Assembly (NCBI GenBank): GCA_965215565.1 | Contig: CBDCDZ010000004.1 | Coordinates: 2,880,001-2,944,000, forward strand | Source of the DNA: Trueperaceae bacterium | GTDB lineage: Bacteria; Deinococcota; Deinococci; Deinococcales; Trueperaceae | Direction: 5' to 3' | DNA length: 64,000 nucleotides | Shown here: positions 18,188 through 28,111 of the stretch, in pieces | Position numbering within the stretch: position 1 is the stretch's first letter | Layout: each line of letters begins with the position of its first letter | Translations under genes and position numbers: made by a program | The notes under the pieces: generated by a model | Seen by the model: the letters and a program-made list of their open reading frames with translations, nothing else | Databases searched by the model: none | What the model was told of the DNA's origin: nothing

Positions 18188-20470
18188 ATGAAAACTTTCG
18201 CGGAGGAAGAAAGCTTGAAAAGCGCCCTCATCGACGTACTGAGCCAAGATGAGGTCGATGGCGATGAGCTTTTAGCGCTGTCTAACGCGCTCACCAAGTC
18301 TGACCCCAACGCAGTTCGCTTCTCGGTTGACGCAAGTCTTATCAGCCGGTTAGGGCGCGAACTCGTGGCGCGGCAAGAAACGGCGGTTGCTGAACTCGTT
18401 AAAAACGCCTACGACGCAGATGCGCGTAAAGTCACGCTAGTTTTTTCAGAAGCGGACGCGCCGGGGGGTAGGCTCGAGCTAACCGATGACGGCTTAGGGA
18501 TGACGCGAGACCAGCTCGTGAACGGTTTTATGCGACTCGCCTCAGGGCAAAAGGTGGACGAACCCATCTCGCCGAGGTACAAACGCCAGCGCGCAGGGCG
18601 TAAAGGCATCGGGCGCTTTGCAGTGCAGCGGCTCGGGGACAGACTCACGATTACGACGCAGACGAAGGGCAGTTCGGTTGCGCTCAGAGTGATCGTAGAT
18701 TGGGACAGGTTTGCGGCAGGTCAAGATTTGGCGAGCATCTCCAGCCGTATCACTGAAATCCCTAAGCAAAAAGAAGAGGGGACGACGCTCCTCATCGACG
18801 GACTGCGCGAAGCCTGGAACGAAGCGGCGATCAAAAAGGTCTACAAATACGTCTCAGACCTTATCCAGCCCTTTCCGCTCTCTGAGAAGGGCGAAGCCCG
18901 CATTGACCCCGGCTTCAAAATTGACCTCTTGCGCGAGGTTGCAGGAGAATTCGAGCTTGTCGCCGACGAAACGACGGAGATTTTTCAGCACGCGCTGGCT
19001 GAGATAGAAGGCTACGTCGATAATAAGGGAAAGGGATTTTGGTCTATTGCGTCGGATAGGCTCGAGCTTGCTGAAATTGATCAATCTATTAGGGATAGCC
19101 GAGAAAATAGAGAACTTGCTTTTAACAGTTTGCAAAATACAAGGCTGAAGGCTTACTACTTCATCTACAACGGTTCTGGAGCCAATTTTCTCCCTCGCTC
19201 AGCGAACAAAATGATCAGAGATTTAGCCCAAGAAAGGGGCGGCATCAGAGTTTACCGAAACGGCTTCCGAGTCTCGCCCTACGGCGACTCTGACAATGAT
19301 TGGCTTGGTCTGGACGAGCTTGCTAGACGCCGCTCTTTTCTACCTGCTATTGGCAATATCAACTTCTTCGGCTTCATTGAAATAGTCGACATAGGAGGCG
19401 ACTACTTTGAGGAAACATCCAGCCGCGAAGGACTCCTAGAAAACTCGGCATTTCAAGAGTTACAAGACTTCACGCATAGAGTACTCAAAGCTGCAGCCAC
19501 CAAAGTTGCTGAAGCGAGAGGTAAGAAAATCACGGCGAGTCAAAAAGACTATAAAACGGACCCCTCGGCGGTTATTACGAAAGCGATCAAATCGGTTGAT
19601 AGGTTGGCGAAAGAGCTGGTCGGCGCAGGTCAATCTGATGAGGCGAAGCAACTTAAAGGCGTTTCAAAACAGCTCAAAATGGCGGCTGCTATTCAGAGCG
19701 ATGTTCTCGAAGAACTTTCGATGCTGCGCGTACTTGCTAGCTTAGGTCTCACCATCAGTGAGTTCACCCATGAAGTTCAGCAGACTTTGGGCGCGGCTTC
19801 CCTGAGTGCCAAGCATATTTTAGAAGCTACATCACCTGATTCAGAGCGGCGTGAGATTGCTCATGACTTATTAGTCAACATTCAGAGGTTTCAGGCTTAC
19901 GCAGTGTATTTTCAGAAGTCAGTCTCTGACAATATCAACCGGGAACTCGAGCCACAAGACGCGGCTAAAGTTGCTAAAAATTTTGTAAATACGGTGCAGC
20001 TCGCAGCAAAAAGCGTTGGTATTTGCGTAGAACAGCCCGAGGTTGTCGGTACTGATCTTATGACCTGTCCAATGCACTCTTCCGAATGGAGTTCGGTTTT
20101 GTTCAATCTCTATACAAACGCTCGTAAGGCGATTGCGAGAGCGAGAAGTGACGGAAAAATTTTCATCCGAGTTGGAAAAGAGGGTAAAAAGGTCTATTTG
20201 GAATTTGCGGATAACGGTGACGGTATACCTAAGGAGAATGAGGAGCGAATCTTCAACGCATTTTTCACAACGACTGGAACCGCAGGGCGCTACGCCACTG
20301 ACGAAGAAGAAATTCAAGGTACGGGCTTGGGTCTGAAGATTGTAGACGATATTGCTACGAGCTACAACGGTGACGTTTCTTTGGTTGCGTCCCAAAAAGG
20401 GTATGCAACTTGCTTTAGAATAGAATTTCCTGAAGCGACCCCAAAGGAACTTGAGGCTTATGGCTACTAA
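18188..20470 (+). CDS. MORC-like GHKL ATPase fused to a C-terminal histidine kinase
   Basis: N-terminal GHKL motifs ELVKNAYDA, DDGLGM, GRKGIGR, GTT; S5-like region with YRNGFRV and SSREG; then H-box EFTHE, N-box NLYTNA, DNGDGI, IFNAFFTT, GTGLGL; no transmembrane segment. Confidence 0.9.
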   Translation: MKTFAEEESLKSALIDVLSQDEVDGDELLALSNALTKSDPNAVRFSVDASLISRLGRELVARQETAVAELVKNAYDADARKVTLVFSEADAPGGRLELTDDGLGMTRDQLVNGFMRLASGQKVDEPISPRYKRQRAGRKGIGRFAVQRLGDRLTITTQTKGSSVALRVIVDWDRFAAGQDLASISSRITEIPKQKEEGTTLLIDGLREAWNEAAIKKVYKYVSDLIQPFPLSEKGEARIDPGFKIDLLREVAGEFELVADETTEIFQHALAEIEGYVDNKGKGFWSIASDRLELAEIDQSIRDSRENRELAFNSLQNTRLKAYYFIYNGSGANFLPRSANKMIRDLAQERGGIRVYRNGFRVSPYGDSDNDWLGLDELARRRSFLPAIGNINFFGFIEIVDIGGDYFEETSSREGLLENSAFQELQDFTHRVLKAAATKVAEARGKKITASQKDYKTDPSAVITKAIKSVDRLAKELVGAGQSDEAKQLKGVSKQLKMAAAIQSDVLEELSMLRVLASLGLTISEFTHEVQQTLGAASLSAKHILEATSPDSERREIAHDLLVNIQRFQAYAVYFQKSVSDNINRELEPQDAAKVAKNFVNTVQLAAKSVGICVEQPEVVGTDLMTCPMHSSEWSSVLFNLYTNARKAIARARSDGKIFIRVGKEGKKVYLEFADNGDGIPKENEERIFNAFFTTTGTAGRYATDEEEIQGTGLGLKIVDDIATSYNGDVSLVASQKGYATCFRIEFPEATPKELEAYGY

Positions 20471-21635
20471 ATATCTTTACTTAGACGACGAAAAGCCTGA
20501 AGCTGTGCGACCTTTTTTGCGAGAGTTGCAGCAGCGCGGTAGAGACCTCGAGATTGAACATCATCCTCCTTTGCCCTACCACAACCAACTTCCCTGGCTC
20601 GATCTGCAAACCTTTGACGGTCTTATTCTTGATTTGCGCTTAGACCAATTTCCAAATTGGCAGCCAGACTCTGAGGCAGGCAAGGCGGAGTTTAGAGCGA
20701 CGACGCTCGCTCAGGAAATTCGTACACGGGCGACGGAAGACTCTAAAGCCTTTCAAACGCCCATTGTGCTTTTGTCAACGGATGAGAGGTTGCAACAGAG
20801 CTACACGCGCGATGACACGAGTCACGACCTCTTCGATCTGAAGTGTCTCAAGTCGGATATCAGTAATGATGCGAAAAGAGCAGAAGTGATAGCTTATCAG
20901 CTTTTGTCCTTAGCTAGGGGCTACCAGGAGATTGCTGCGGTGCGTTCCAAGAAGAGAGGTCCAGGTTCTCAGTTTCACAAGTTTCTCGGTCTCGAAGAAC
21001 CTCCCGAATTTCTCGACCCAAGAATTCTGAGTTACTTTGAAGGTAGGGGAAGTCCTCTACCCGCGCATGAGTATGCTCGTTTCATTCTTCGCGAGCTGCT
21101 TAGCAAACCGGGACCGCTTATTGATGAGTTGACATTAGCCGCGCGTCTCGGCGTGGACACTGCCACTTCAGAAGATTGGGAAAAGCTCAAAGGCAAGCTT
21201 AGTGAAACAGCTAGATTTACTGGACCGTTTAGAGAAGGTTGGCCGCGTTGGTGGGCTGTTCCCCTCGTGACCTGGTGGCGCTCCCTAGCTGACGATACGC
21301 TGCCCCTACGAACAATGCCCGCCTCTCAGCGCGTCGAATTGCTCCGCGAGCACACGGGCTTGCAGGAGTTAGTACCCGCAAAGCCTATCCGTAAAGGATA
21401 CAGCGAGACCTTTTGGACGCTCTGTCAAGCATTACAACAGCCTCTTGACCCTCGCGATGGACTCATCATTGACAGACCGAACGCGAAGTTATGGCAAGAT
21501 AAGCTTTACGTCTCGCTCGAGGCTGAGCTAACTCGCGAGCGTCGCATGAAGGGGCTGCGACTTGACCCGCTCGATAAAGGGAGATTGCCGAGACTAAGAG
21601 CCAGATTGCAAGGTGACGGAGTAGCCTCTTCCTAG
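20460..21635 (+). CDS. atypical response-regulator receiver domain protein with large C-terminal domain of unknown function
   Basis: YLYLDDE...DGLILDLRLD (phosphoacceptor Asp)...PIVLLST; ATG 20460 overlaps the kinase stop. Confidence 0.75.
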   Translation: MATKYLYLDDEKPEAVRPFLRELQQRGRDLEIEHHPPLPYHNQLPWLDLQTFDGLILDLRLDQFPNWQPDSEAGKAEFRATTLAQEIRTRATEDSKAFQTPIVLLSTDERLQQSYTRDDTSHDLFDLKCLKSDISNDAKRAEVIAYQLLSLARGYQEIAAVRSKKRGPGSQFHKFLGLEEPPEFLDPRILSYFEGRGSPLPAHEYARFILRELLSKPGPLIDELTLAARLGVDTATSEDWEKLKGKLSETARFTGPFREGWPRWWAVPLVTWWRSLADDTLPLRTMPASQRVELLREHTGLQELVPAKPIRKGYSETFWTLCQALQQPLDPRDGLIIDRPNAKLWQDKLYVSLEAELTRERRMKGLRLDPLDKGRLPRLRARLQGDGVASS

Positions 21636-21636
21636 C

Positions 21637-22347
21637 GTGAATGCGAGGCGAGCAAAGGAGTTGAGGCGGGCAAAGGAGTTTAGAAAAGAACGAGCGCGTG
21701 AACTGCGAAGCCTCGCGGAGATTTTGCAAGTGGCAGGACTCGTTAGGGACGCAAGCCCGCTCCTCAGTGCTGCGGGACAATGCGGAGATAGCGCTCCACA
21801 CGGCGAGCTTTTGTGGAGCTATGAATTTGCCGGTCTCGAGTTCAACCTTGATTTTGACGAGCTACGACATTCGAAACCCGAAGGGGCAGAACTCGACACA
21901 GTTGAGTTGAGCGTGTCGCTCAGTGGTATGTGTTTAGACGAGAGCCTATCCGATGATCCTTTTACGCACCTAAGTGTCAACGTCGTTTTGCACGGCTTGA
22001 GCCAAAACGCTGAACCTCTGATGGACGCTTGGCATCTCGACAAACATCTAGGGGGTAAGAGTTCGTTTGAGCACCCCGACTATCACTTTCATCACGGCGG
22101 TAGGAAAATCTGGGAATCGCAAAACTTCGATTACGGGTCACATCTTTTGCTTGAGTCTCCCCGCCTAGACCATAAACCATTGGACGGGATTTTAGCTGTG
22201 AACTTTGTGCTCGCCAACTTTGCGGGAGCAGCTTGGCAGACCTTAAAAGCTGAAGAGATAAGGTACATGGAACTGGTTCACGACGCTGAAAAGCGCTGCC
22301 ATTTAGCCTACGTTCACGCTTCCCTCGAGCGTCTACAAAAGCTGTGA
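21637..22347 (+). CDS. hypothetical protein with His-rich motif (possibly DUF2290-like)
   Basis: WHLDKH...HPDYHFHHGG...PRLDHKPLD; starts 1 nt after the previous stop. Confidence 0.7.
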   Translation: MNARRAKELRRAKEFRKERARELRSLAEILQVAGLVRDASPLLSAAGQCGDSAPHGELLWSYEFAGLEFNLDFDELRHSKPEGAELDTVELSVSLSGMCLDESLSDDPFTHLSVNVVLHGLSQNAEPLMDAWHLDKHLGGKSSFEHPDYHFHHGGRKIWESQNFDYGSHLLLESPRLDHKPLDGILAVNFVLANFAGAAWQTLKAEEIRYMELVHDAEKRCHLAYVHASLERLQKL

Positions 22348-22348
22348 G

Positions 22349-24058
22349 TTAGCGCTTCATTCGCCTGTCACGCAGATAGTGATATCCCTCCCGCAAGAGG
22401 GTGCATCCATCCTCTTCTAGCCCTAAGCCTTTTCGCAGTACAAGCGCGTCACCGATATCTAAAGCATCCTCGAGGTCACCATCTCTTAGAGATGTATCTA
22501 TCGCTTTGTACGTAACATCGAGGTCATCTTCAGAGAGGTGATGAGGCAGCGCCACTAAAACTTTACGCGCCTCGCCGGGCTCGAGCTTGAGCATCCCACC
22601 CCCGAGGCTATGCCCTTCTATTTCGGCGCTTAAAAAGGTTAAAGAGGTGTACCAGGAGATGACGAGGTGCTTGATGTCTACGCTCATAGACTCTTCATAA
22701 ATCGTTTCGGGAAGCTCAACGGTGTGCAGTGTGTTGGGTGCAGGTGCGCCGAGGGTGTTGTGGACGAGCCTCGGTCCGCTATTCGACATGTAGGTGAGTA
22801 GCGCCGCGCCGCGTTTGACGTGCGGAACTGCGTACCAGGGGTTTCGCTTGCTGACCTTGTAGCCTTGACGGACTTTTTCGCCTTCTCGCCCTAAGTAAGC
22901 CTGGACTCCTGCCGGTAGGCGCTCGAAGGGCTGATTTGTGGGTATCTCGAGCAACCACTTCTTCTCCTCTTCGAGGCGTTGCCAATCACTTTCTGACACA
23001 AAGAGACCGCTCAAGTTGCTGCTGCGGCGGAGGCAGGGCGCGCAGTAGTGCATAGGTATATCGAAGGTCTCTATCTCCTGCTGCGACAGGTGGAAGAAAC
23101 CATTAGCACCCGTGACGTACCCGATACCGATACGAGCCACTGAGCCGAATGTTTTGACGTGCGCGCGTAGTGCGAGGTGACGGTAGAGGGCTCGCACTTT
23201 AGGCTCGAGAAGATGCCCGAGTAAGCGCGTTCGCCCCGCTTTGAGGCTCGAGACCTCTTCGCGGCTGAGCGTCTTCACGTGACCCACCGCGCTCAAAGAT
23301 TTTTCGGCAATAAACGCTTCTAAGCGATCTGCGTCTTTTACGTCAACGAGGTTGAAAACGCTCGCCTCACCTCCTTTCGCTTCGCCCAACACAATAAAGG
23401 TGTCTTCTCCTAAAGTGGGAAAAAGGCGCTTTTGGAAGGTGAGGATATTAAGTGTGGCGAATTGGTTGAGGAGAAACTCAAGAACATGCCTAGCATACGC
23501 CGCGTGACCCAACTCCGCAGGCGCAACCATCGCTAAGCGTCCTCCAGGTTTGATGAGGCTAACGGCGTGCACCAAAAAAGGAGCCCACGAACTTGCGTGT
23601 CTGGGCAAATTGACGCCTAAGTCTGCTGCGCGCTCGAGCCCGAGCGCTCGTTCTTTTCCCTTGAAGCTTTGATAGCGGATAAAGGGCGGATTGCCTACAA
23701 CTGCCTCAAACGCCTCCACAGGCGAAGAGCGGTCAAAGTTGTCCTCAAAGAAGCTATCCGACTCGAAAAAGTTACCTTGCCATAGCTTGACAATCTGATA
23801 GTGGCTCTCTAAGTATTTTTTGCTCGCGTTATAGACAATCTCGTCTAGCTCAATGCCATAAATCTGTTCGCTCGGGCGAGCAACTTGACGCCCAGAGGCT
23901 TCTAAAAAGACGCCGTTGCCGAAGCTAGGGTCGATCACATTAAAGTCCGTTTGCCGCACTGCCCAATGCACCATGAGATTAACCGCTTTATCAGGTGTGT
24001 AGTAGGCACCAAACGCTTTGGCGCGTTCACCTGTCGGTGCGGTCCGAATGTCACTCAC
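22349..24058 (-). CDS. gamma-class N6-adenine DNA methyltransferase
   Basis: GAYYTP (motif X), IDPSFGNGVFL (motif I), GNPPF (motif IV), C-terminal EGHSLGGGMLKLEP; GTG 24058 has TAGACT 7 nt upstream. Confidence 0.9.
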   Translation of the reverse strand: MSDIRTAPTGERAKAFGAYYTPDKAVNLMVHWAVRQTDFNVIDPSFGNGVFLEASGRQVARPSEQIYGIELDEIVYNASKKYLESHYQIVKLWQGNFFESDSFFEDNFDRSSPVEAFEAVVGNPPFIRYQSFKGKERALGLERAADLGVNLPRHASSWAPFLVHAVSLIKPGGRLAMVAPAELGHAAYARHVLEFLLNQFATLNILTFQKRLFPTLGEDTFIVLGEAKGGEASVFNLVDVKDADRLEAFIAEKSLSAVGHVKTLSREEVSSLKAGRTRLLGHLLEPKVRALYRHLALRAHVKTFGSVARIGIGYVTGANGFFHLSQQEIETFDIPMHYCAPCLRRSSNLSGLFVSESDWQRLEEEKKWLLEIPTNQPFERLPAGVQAYLGREGEKVRQGYKVSKRNPWYAVPHVKRGAALLTYMSNSGPRLVHNTLGAPAPNTLHTVELPETIYEESMSVDIKHLVISWYTSLTFLSAEIEGHSLGGGMLKLEPGEARKVLVALPHHLSEDDLDVTYKAIDTSLRDGDLEDALDIGDALVLRKGLGLEEDGCTLLREGYHYLRDRRMKR

Positions 24059-24150
24059 TAGGCTGAGTCTACCAGGTCTGTGAAGGTTGGAAATGGGGCT
24101 CGAGCCTCCACCACTCACAACGCCACAACATGAAGAATTTGACACATTTA

Positions 24151-24264
24151 CAGCAGGTATCATCTGGTCATAAACGCCCTCAGTCTGCAAATTCAACGTC
24201 TGGCACGCACGTTTCGAGGTGATACTTGCGTTATTTTAGCTCAGCAGATGTAGTGAACGCCGTA
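24151..24264 (+). repeat. dispersed intergenic repeat, copy 5
   Basis: CAGCAGGTATCATCTGGTC..ACGCCCTCA...GGCACGCAC...GGTGATACTTGC...CTCAG. Confidence 0.8.
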
Positions 24265-24350
24265 TCCATCCGCGTGATGACGCTCACATCTTTCTAATGA
24301 ACGTTAAAGTTTCAACGAGGTGTGAGGAATGACTGTGGCTTCATAGGGGT

Positions 24351-25728
24351 ATGTCAGAGACCCCCTCACGCCGCGACGTCTTGCGCCTACTTGCAAGCGT
24401 CGGAGCGGGCGCACTCCTCGCGGGGTGTGCACCTGAAGCGAAAGCCAAAGTCACGCCCCCTCCGCGCACCGTCCCTATGGGCTCACCCAACATCATCTTT
24501 ATCCTTGTGGACGACTTGGGCGATCATGAGCTGTCTTGCGCGGGCAACACCTTTAACGAAACGCCGCACATCAACGCGCTGGCACGGGGCGGCATGACCT
24601 TCTACTCAAGCCTACGCCGCCGCGCCCGTCTGCTCACCGACGCGGGCAGCGCTGATGACGGGTCTCGCGCCCGCTCGCACGGGCATCACTGACTTTTTGA
24701 AAGAGCACGATGAGAAGTACTTAGACCCCAACCACCTCACCCTCAACGAAGCCCTGAAGTCGGCGGGTTACGCGACGGGCTTAGTCGGCAAATGGCATCT
24801 CACAGGCGACTACGACAAAAGGCGCGGTGAGCCCTCCAAACACGGCTGGGATGAGGTGCACCTTTCCGAAACGCGCTACATCGCGCACGGCGACTACTTC
24901 GCGCCTTACGACTTCATGCCGGAGGTCAGAGCGCCCAAGGGCGAACACTTGACCGACGCCTTGCACCGCGAAGCGCTCAGCTTTATCGAGCGGCACCGCG
25001 ATGAGCCCTTCTTCTTGTACCTCTCACACTACGCGGTCCATACACTCTTGGAGGGCAAGCCCGAAAAAGTGGCGAAGTATAAGCGCAAGCGCGGCTCGAG
25101 AAAGCACAAGCCGCAGCTAGCCGCGATGCTAGAAAGTATCGACGAAGGCGTCGGACAGATCATCCAGACGCTCGAAAATACCGGGCTTTTAGAAAACACG
25201 CTCGTCGTTTTCACCTCGGACAACGGCGGTGACCACCTCTCCATGTCGCCCTCAGACGCGCGCGGCGCGAAGTCGCACCTCTACGAAGCGGGCATCCGCG
25301 TGCCTTTAATCGCGCACTGGCCCGCTATGATTGCGCCGGGGACGCGCTCGGACGTGGCGACGACGACGATGGACTTCTACCCGACCTTTACGGAACTGTC
25401 TTCTGCTATGAATACGCCGCGCTCGCTCGACGGCTCGAGCCTCCTCCCACTCTTCAGAGGCGAAACCCCTGAGCGCAGCGCCCTCTACTGGCACTATCCG
25501 CGCAGCCATCCGCACCCGGACGGCGGACGCTCCTCGGGCGCGATTCGCAAGGGAGACTACAAGCTCGTCGAGTTTTTCGACACGGGTGAAGTGGAGCTTT
25601 ACGACCTGCGCAGAGACGCAGGCGAGACGCGCAACTTAGCAGGTGCTCAGCCCGAGAAAGTTTTGGAACTCAAGGCGCAACTTAACGGTTGGCGCGCGGG
25701 CGTAGGTGCGGGGACCGTCGCGACGTAA
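24351..25728 (+). pseudogene. arylsulfatase (Tat lipoprotein) interrupted by a +1 frameshift near 24604
   Basis: SRRDVL Tat motif, LLAGC lipobox, PNIIFILVDDLG. Deleting one base at TTCTACTCAAGCC restores MTFTQAYAAAPVCSPTRAALMTG (CxPxR), which joins the downstream GKWHL, SDNGG and YEAGIRVP motifs. Confidence 0.85.
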
Positions 25729-25732
25729 GTAG

Positions 25733-26830
25733 ATGACCTGCACCCTCCCCGTCAAACTTCTTTTAGGTGCTTTGCTCATTCTCGCCGTGCTTGCGGGCTG
25801 TCAATCGTCCGTTCCGCGGGGGGAGACCGTATTTACCTGGCGTAACCCTATCCGCCAAGGACCCGACTGGATTCGCGACCCGACGATTTTGAACGTCGAG
25901 GGCACCTACTATATGACGGGGACGTATATGCAAGAGGGCGTTTCTGAGACGGACCCCGGAGCGTGGCCCGGCATCAAGCTTTGGTCCTCTTCCGACTTAA
26001 AGAGGTGGCGAGAGGTGCCCGGCTTTTTGGTGCGCAACGCGCAGTTCACCTGGGCGGATACGCTCCTCTGGGCTCCTGAAATCTTTGCGCACCAGGGCAA
26101 GTTCTACCTCACCTTTTCGGCGCAGGATACGAGCGGTGTGTGCGATAAGCAGAGTCTCGCGGTAGCCGCCTCAGAGACCGTCACCGGACCTTACGAAGTG
26201 CTGACGCCTGACGCGCCTCTCTTATGCGGCAACGACACAAGCCTTTCTGCGGACGACGACGGGCGTGTCTACGCCTTGCAAACGGGCATCACTGTGACGG
26301 AGATAAGCTTGGAGCCTCTTGCTGCCATTAGTGAGCAGACCCAGGTCATCGCGGATTCTGAAACGCCTGGCGATTGGGGTAGCGCTATCAATGAGGGTCC
26401 GTTCATGGTCAAAAGGGACGGTACCTATTACCTCTTCTGGTCAGGGACGGCGCGGGGCTACGAAGTCGGCTACGCCACCGCCGAGCATCCTCTAGGGCCA
26501 TATACGAAATACGAGAATAACCCGGTCTACGGCGCGTGCCGCGCTGATTTTGAGAAGGCGTGCGCTCAGTCCGCCGACAACCCTTTCCGCGAAGTTGGAC
26601 ACGGCAACCCCTTCACCGGACCGGACGGAGCACTGTGGCTCTCGTCGCACGGCGTCGGAGGCGGGCGGAGGTACGAAAAGCCGAGGCTTGTCCTCGATCC
26701 GCTCCATTTTGACAAGGCGACAAAACAGTTCTCAGGTGAGGTCAGCTATGTTCCGCGCGCAGTTATACTTCCTCAGAATCCTACCGACGACAGTCCTACC
26801 CCAACACGAGTCGCATCAACCACACCGTAA
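25733..26830 (+). CDS. glycoside hydrolase family 43 lipoprotein
   Basis: Lipobox LAGC; RDP, WAPE, NEGP, GH motifs of a five-bladed beta-propeller. Confidence 0.88.
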   Translation: MTCTLPVKLLLGALLILAVLAGCQSSVPRGETVFTWRNPIRQGPDWIRDPTILNVEGTYYMTGTYMQEGVSETDPGAWPGIKLWSSSDLKRWREVPGFLVRNAQFTWADTLLWAPEIFAHQGKFYLTFSAQDTSGVCDKQSLAVAASETVTGPYEVLTPDAPLLCGNDTSLSADDDGRVYALQTGITVTEISLEPLAAISEQTQVIADSETPGDWGSAINEGPFMVKRDGTYYLFWSGTARGYEVGYATAEHPLGPYTKYENNPVYGACRADFEKACAQSADNPFREVGHGNPFTGPDGALWLSSHGVGGGRRYEKPRLVLDPLHFDKATKQFSGEVSYVPRAVILPQNPTDDSPTPTRVASTTP

Positions 26831-27452
26831 TCGTGTTGATGAAGCCGAAGACCTGATCGTCAAAAAAGACGACGAGCGCAATCACGATGAAGAAGCCGTA
26901 GCGCTCCAACTGCCACATCGCGCGCTGCCAACTCGCGGGCGCGAAGGCTTGAAGCACCTTCGAGCCGTCGAGGGGCGGGATAGGGAAGAGGTTGAAGACC
27001 GCCAAGAGGATATTGATCTGTGCGGCGAAGAAGAGCCCGTAAGCCAAAGGATTTGTAAGCGTGCCGTTCTGCGGAAAAATCTGCTGCACATTATTTAGGT
27101 TGACGCCCAGCGCCCGGAGCATAACGAGGCAGAGCAGAGCAATGAGCACGTTGATGACTACGCCTGCAATAGAGACCAAAAACATCCCCACGCGGTAGTT
27201 GTTGAAGTTGTTCGGGCGAATCGGTACGGGCTTCGCCCAGCCAAAACCTACCGCCAAGATGAGCAGCGTGCCGATAGGGTCTAGGTGTTTAAGCGGATTG
27301 AACGTGACGCGCCCTAAGTTGCGCGCAGTCTTATCACCGACTCTGTCGGCAACCCAGGCGTGACCGAGTTCGTGCAGCGCCAAGCTGTAGAGCAGAATCA
27401 CCGCGATGAGGGTAAAGACGAGCGGAGCGCTCTGGAGCAAGCCTAATAACAC
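26796..27452 (-). CDS. site-2 protease family (M50) membrane metalloprotease
   Basis: HELGH, GWAKPVP, FNLFPIPPLDG. Confidence 0.93.
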   Translation of the reverse strand: MLLGLLQSAPLVFTLIAVILLYSLALHELGHAWVADRVGDKTARNLGRVTFNPLKHLDPIGTLLILAVGFGWAKPVPIRPNNFNNYRVGMFLVSIAGVVINVLIALLCLVMLRALGVNLNNVQQIFPQNGTLTNPLAYGLFFAAQINILLAVFNLFPIPPLDGSKVLQAFAPASWQRAMWQLERYGFFIVIALVVFFDDQVFGFINTITVWLMRLVLG

Positions 27453-27466
27453 TTAACTAAGGGCAT

Positions 27467-28111
27467 CTACAAACCGGGAATGAGGCTGACGAGACGCAAG
27501 ATGCCCGCCTGAAAAAGACGCTCGAGCCCCCCCAAAATCCCCGTGAGGCTGAGGAGCAAAAAGACCGCGATAAAGCCGATAAAGCCGTACGAAGCGATCT
27601 GTTGAATCGTGCGCCGCACGTCCGCGTTGCCCCAAGCGAGGGCGGCTCTCGCGCCGTCTAAGGGGTAGACCGGGAAGAGGTTGATGACCGCGTGGATAAT
27701 AGCGGTGGAGGAGGCTAAGATAAATGAACGCGCCAACACCGGACTGTTAAACCCGTTGACGATGACCGCTAAGAGCGTGGCGACGAACGCGACGATAAGA
27801 TACGCCACCGGACCGCTGTACCAGACGATCGCCTCTTGCTGACCGCGCCCCTTATAGTTGCGGCTATTCGTCGGAATGGGTTTGGGCCAGCCGAAGCCCA
27901 ACAAAAAGAGGAAGAGCACGCCCATAGGCTCTAAATGTTGCTGCAAGTCGAAGCTCAAGAAACCTGAAAAGCGGGGGCTCGAGTCGCCGTAACGCGACGC
28001 CATCCACGCCTGAAAGTAGTTGTGAAATACGAAAGCGAAGATCATCACAATCGCCACGATGATGAGGTCGTTGGCGCTATAGGTTCCGTAGAGTAGATAG
28101 TCGAGAATCAT
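27467..28111 (-). CDS. site-2 protease family (M50) paralog lacking HExxH
   Basis: GWPKP and NLFPVYPLDG are retained; HNYFQ replaces HExxH. Confidence 0.85.
   Translation of the reverse strand: MILDYLLYGTYSANDLIIVAIVMIFAFVFHNYFQAWMASRYGDSSPRFSGFLSFDLQQHLEPMGVLFLFLLGFGWPKPIPTNSRNYKGRGQQEAIVWYSGPVAYLIVAFVATLLAVIVNGFNSPVLARSFILASSTAIIHAVINLFPVYPLDGARAALAWGNADVRRTIQQIASYGFIGFIAVFLLLSLTGILGGLERLFQAGILRLVSLIPGL

Noticed and set aside
24059..24196. N-terminal extension of the MTase ORF (and similar extensions of era, the HD protein and 60673-60750)
   Set aside because: These extensions run through repeats, promoters or terminators; downstream starts have better RBS or -10 support.
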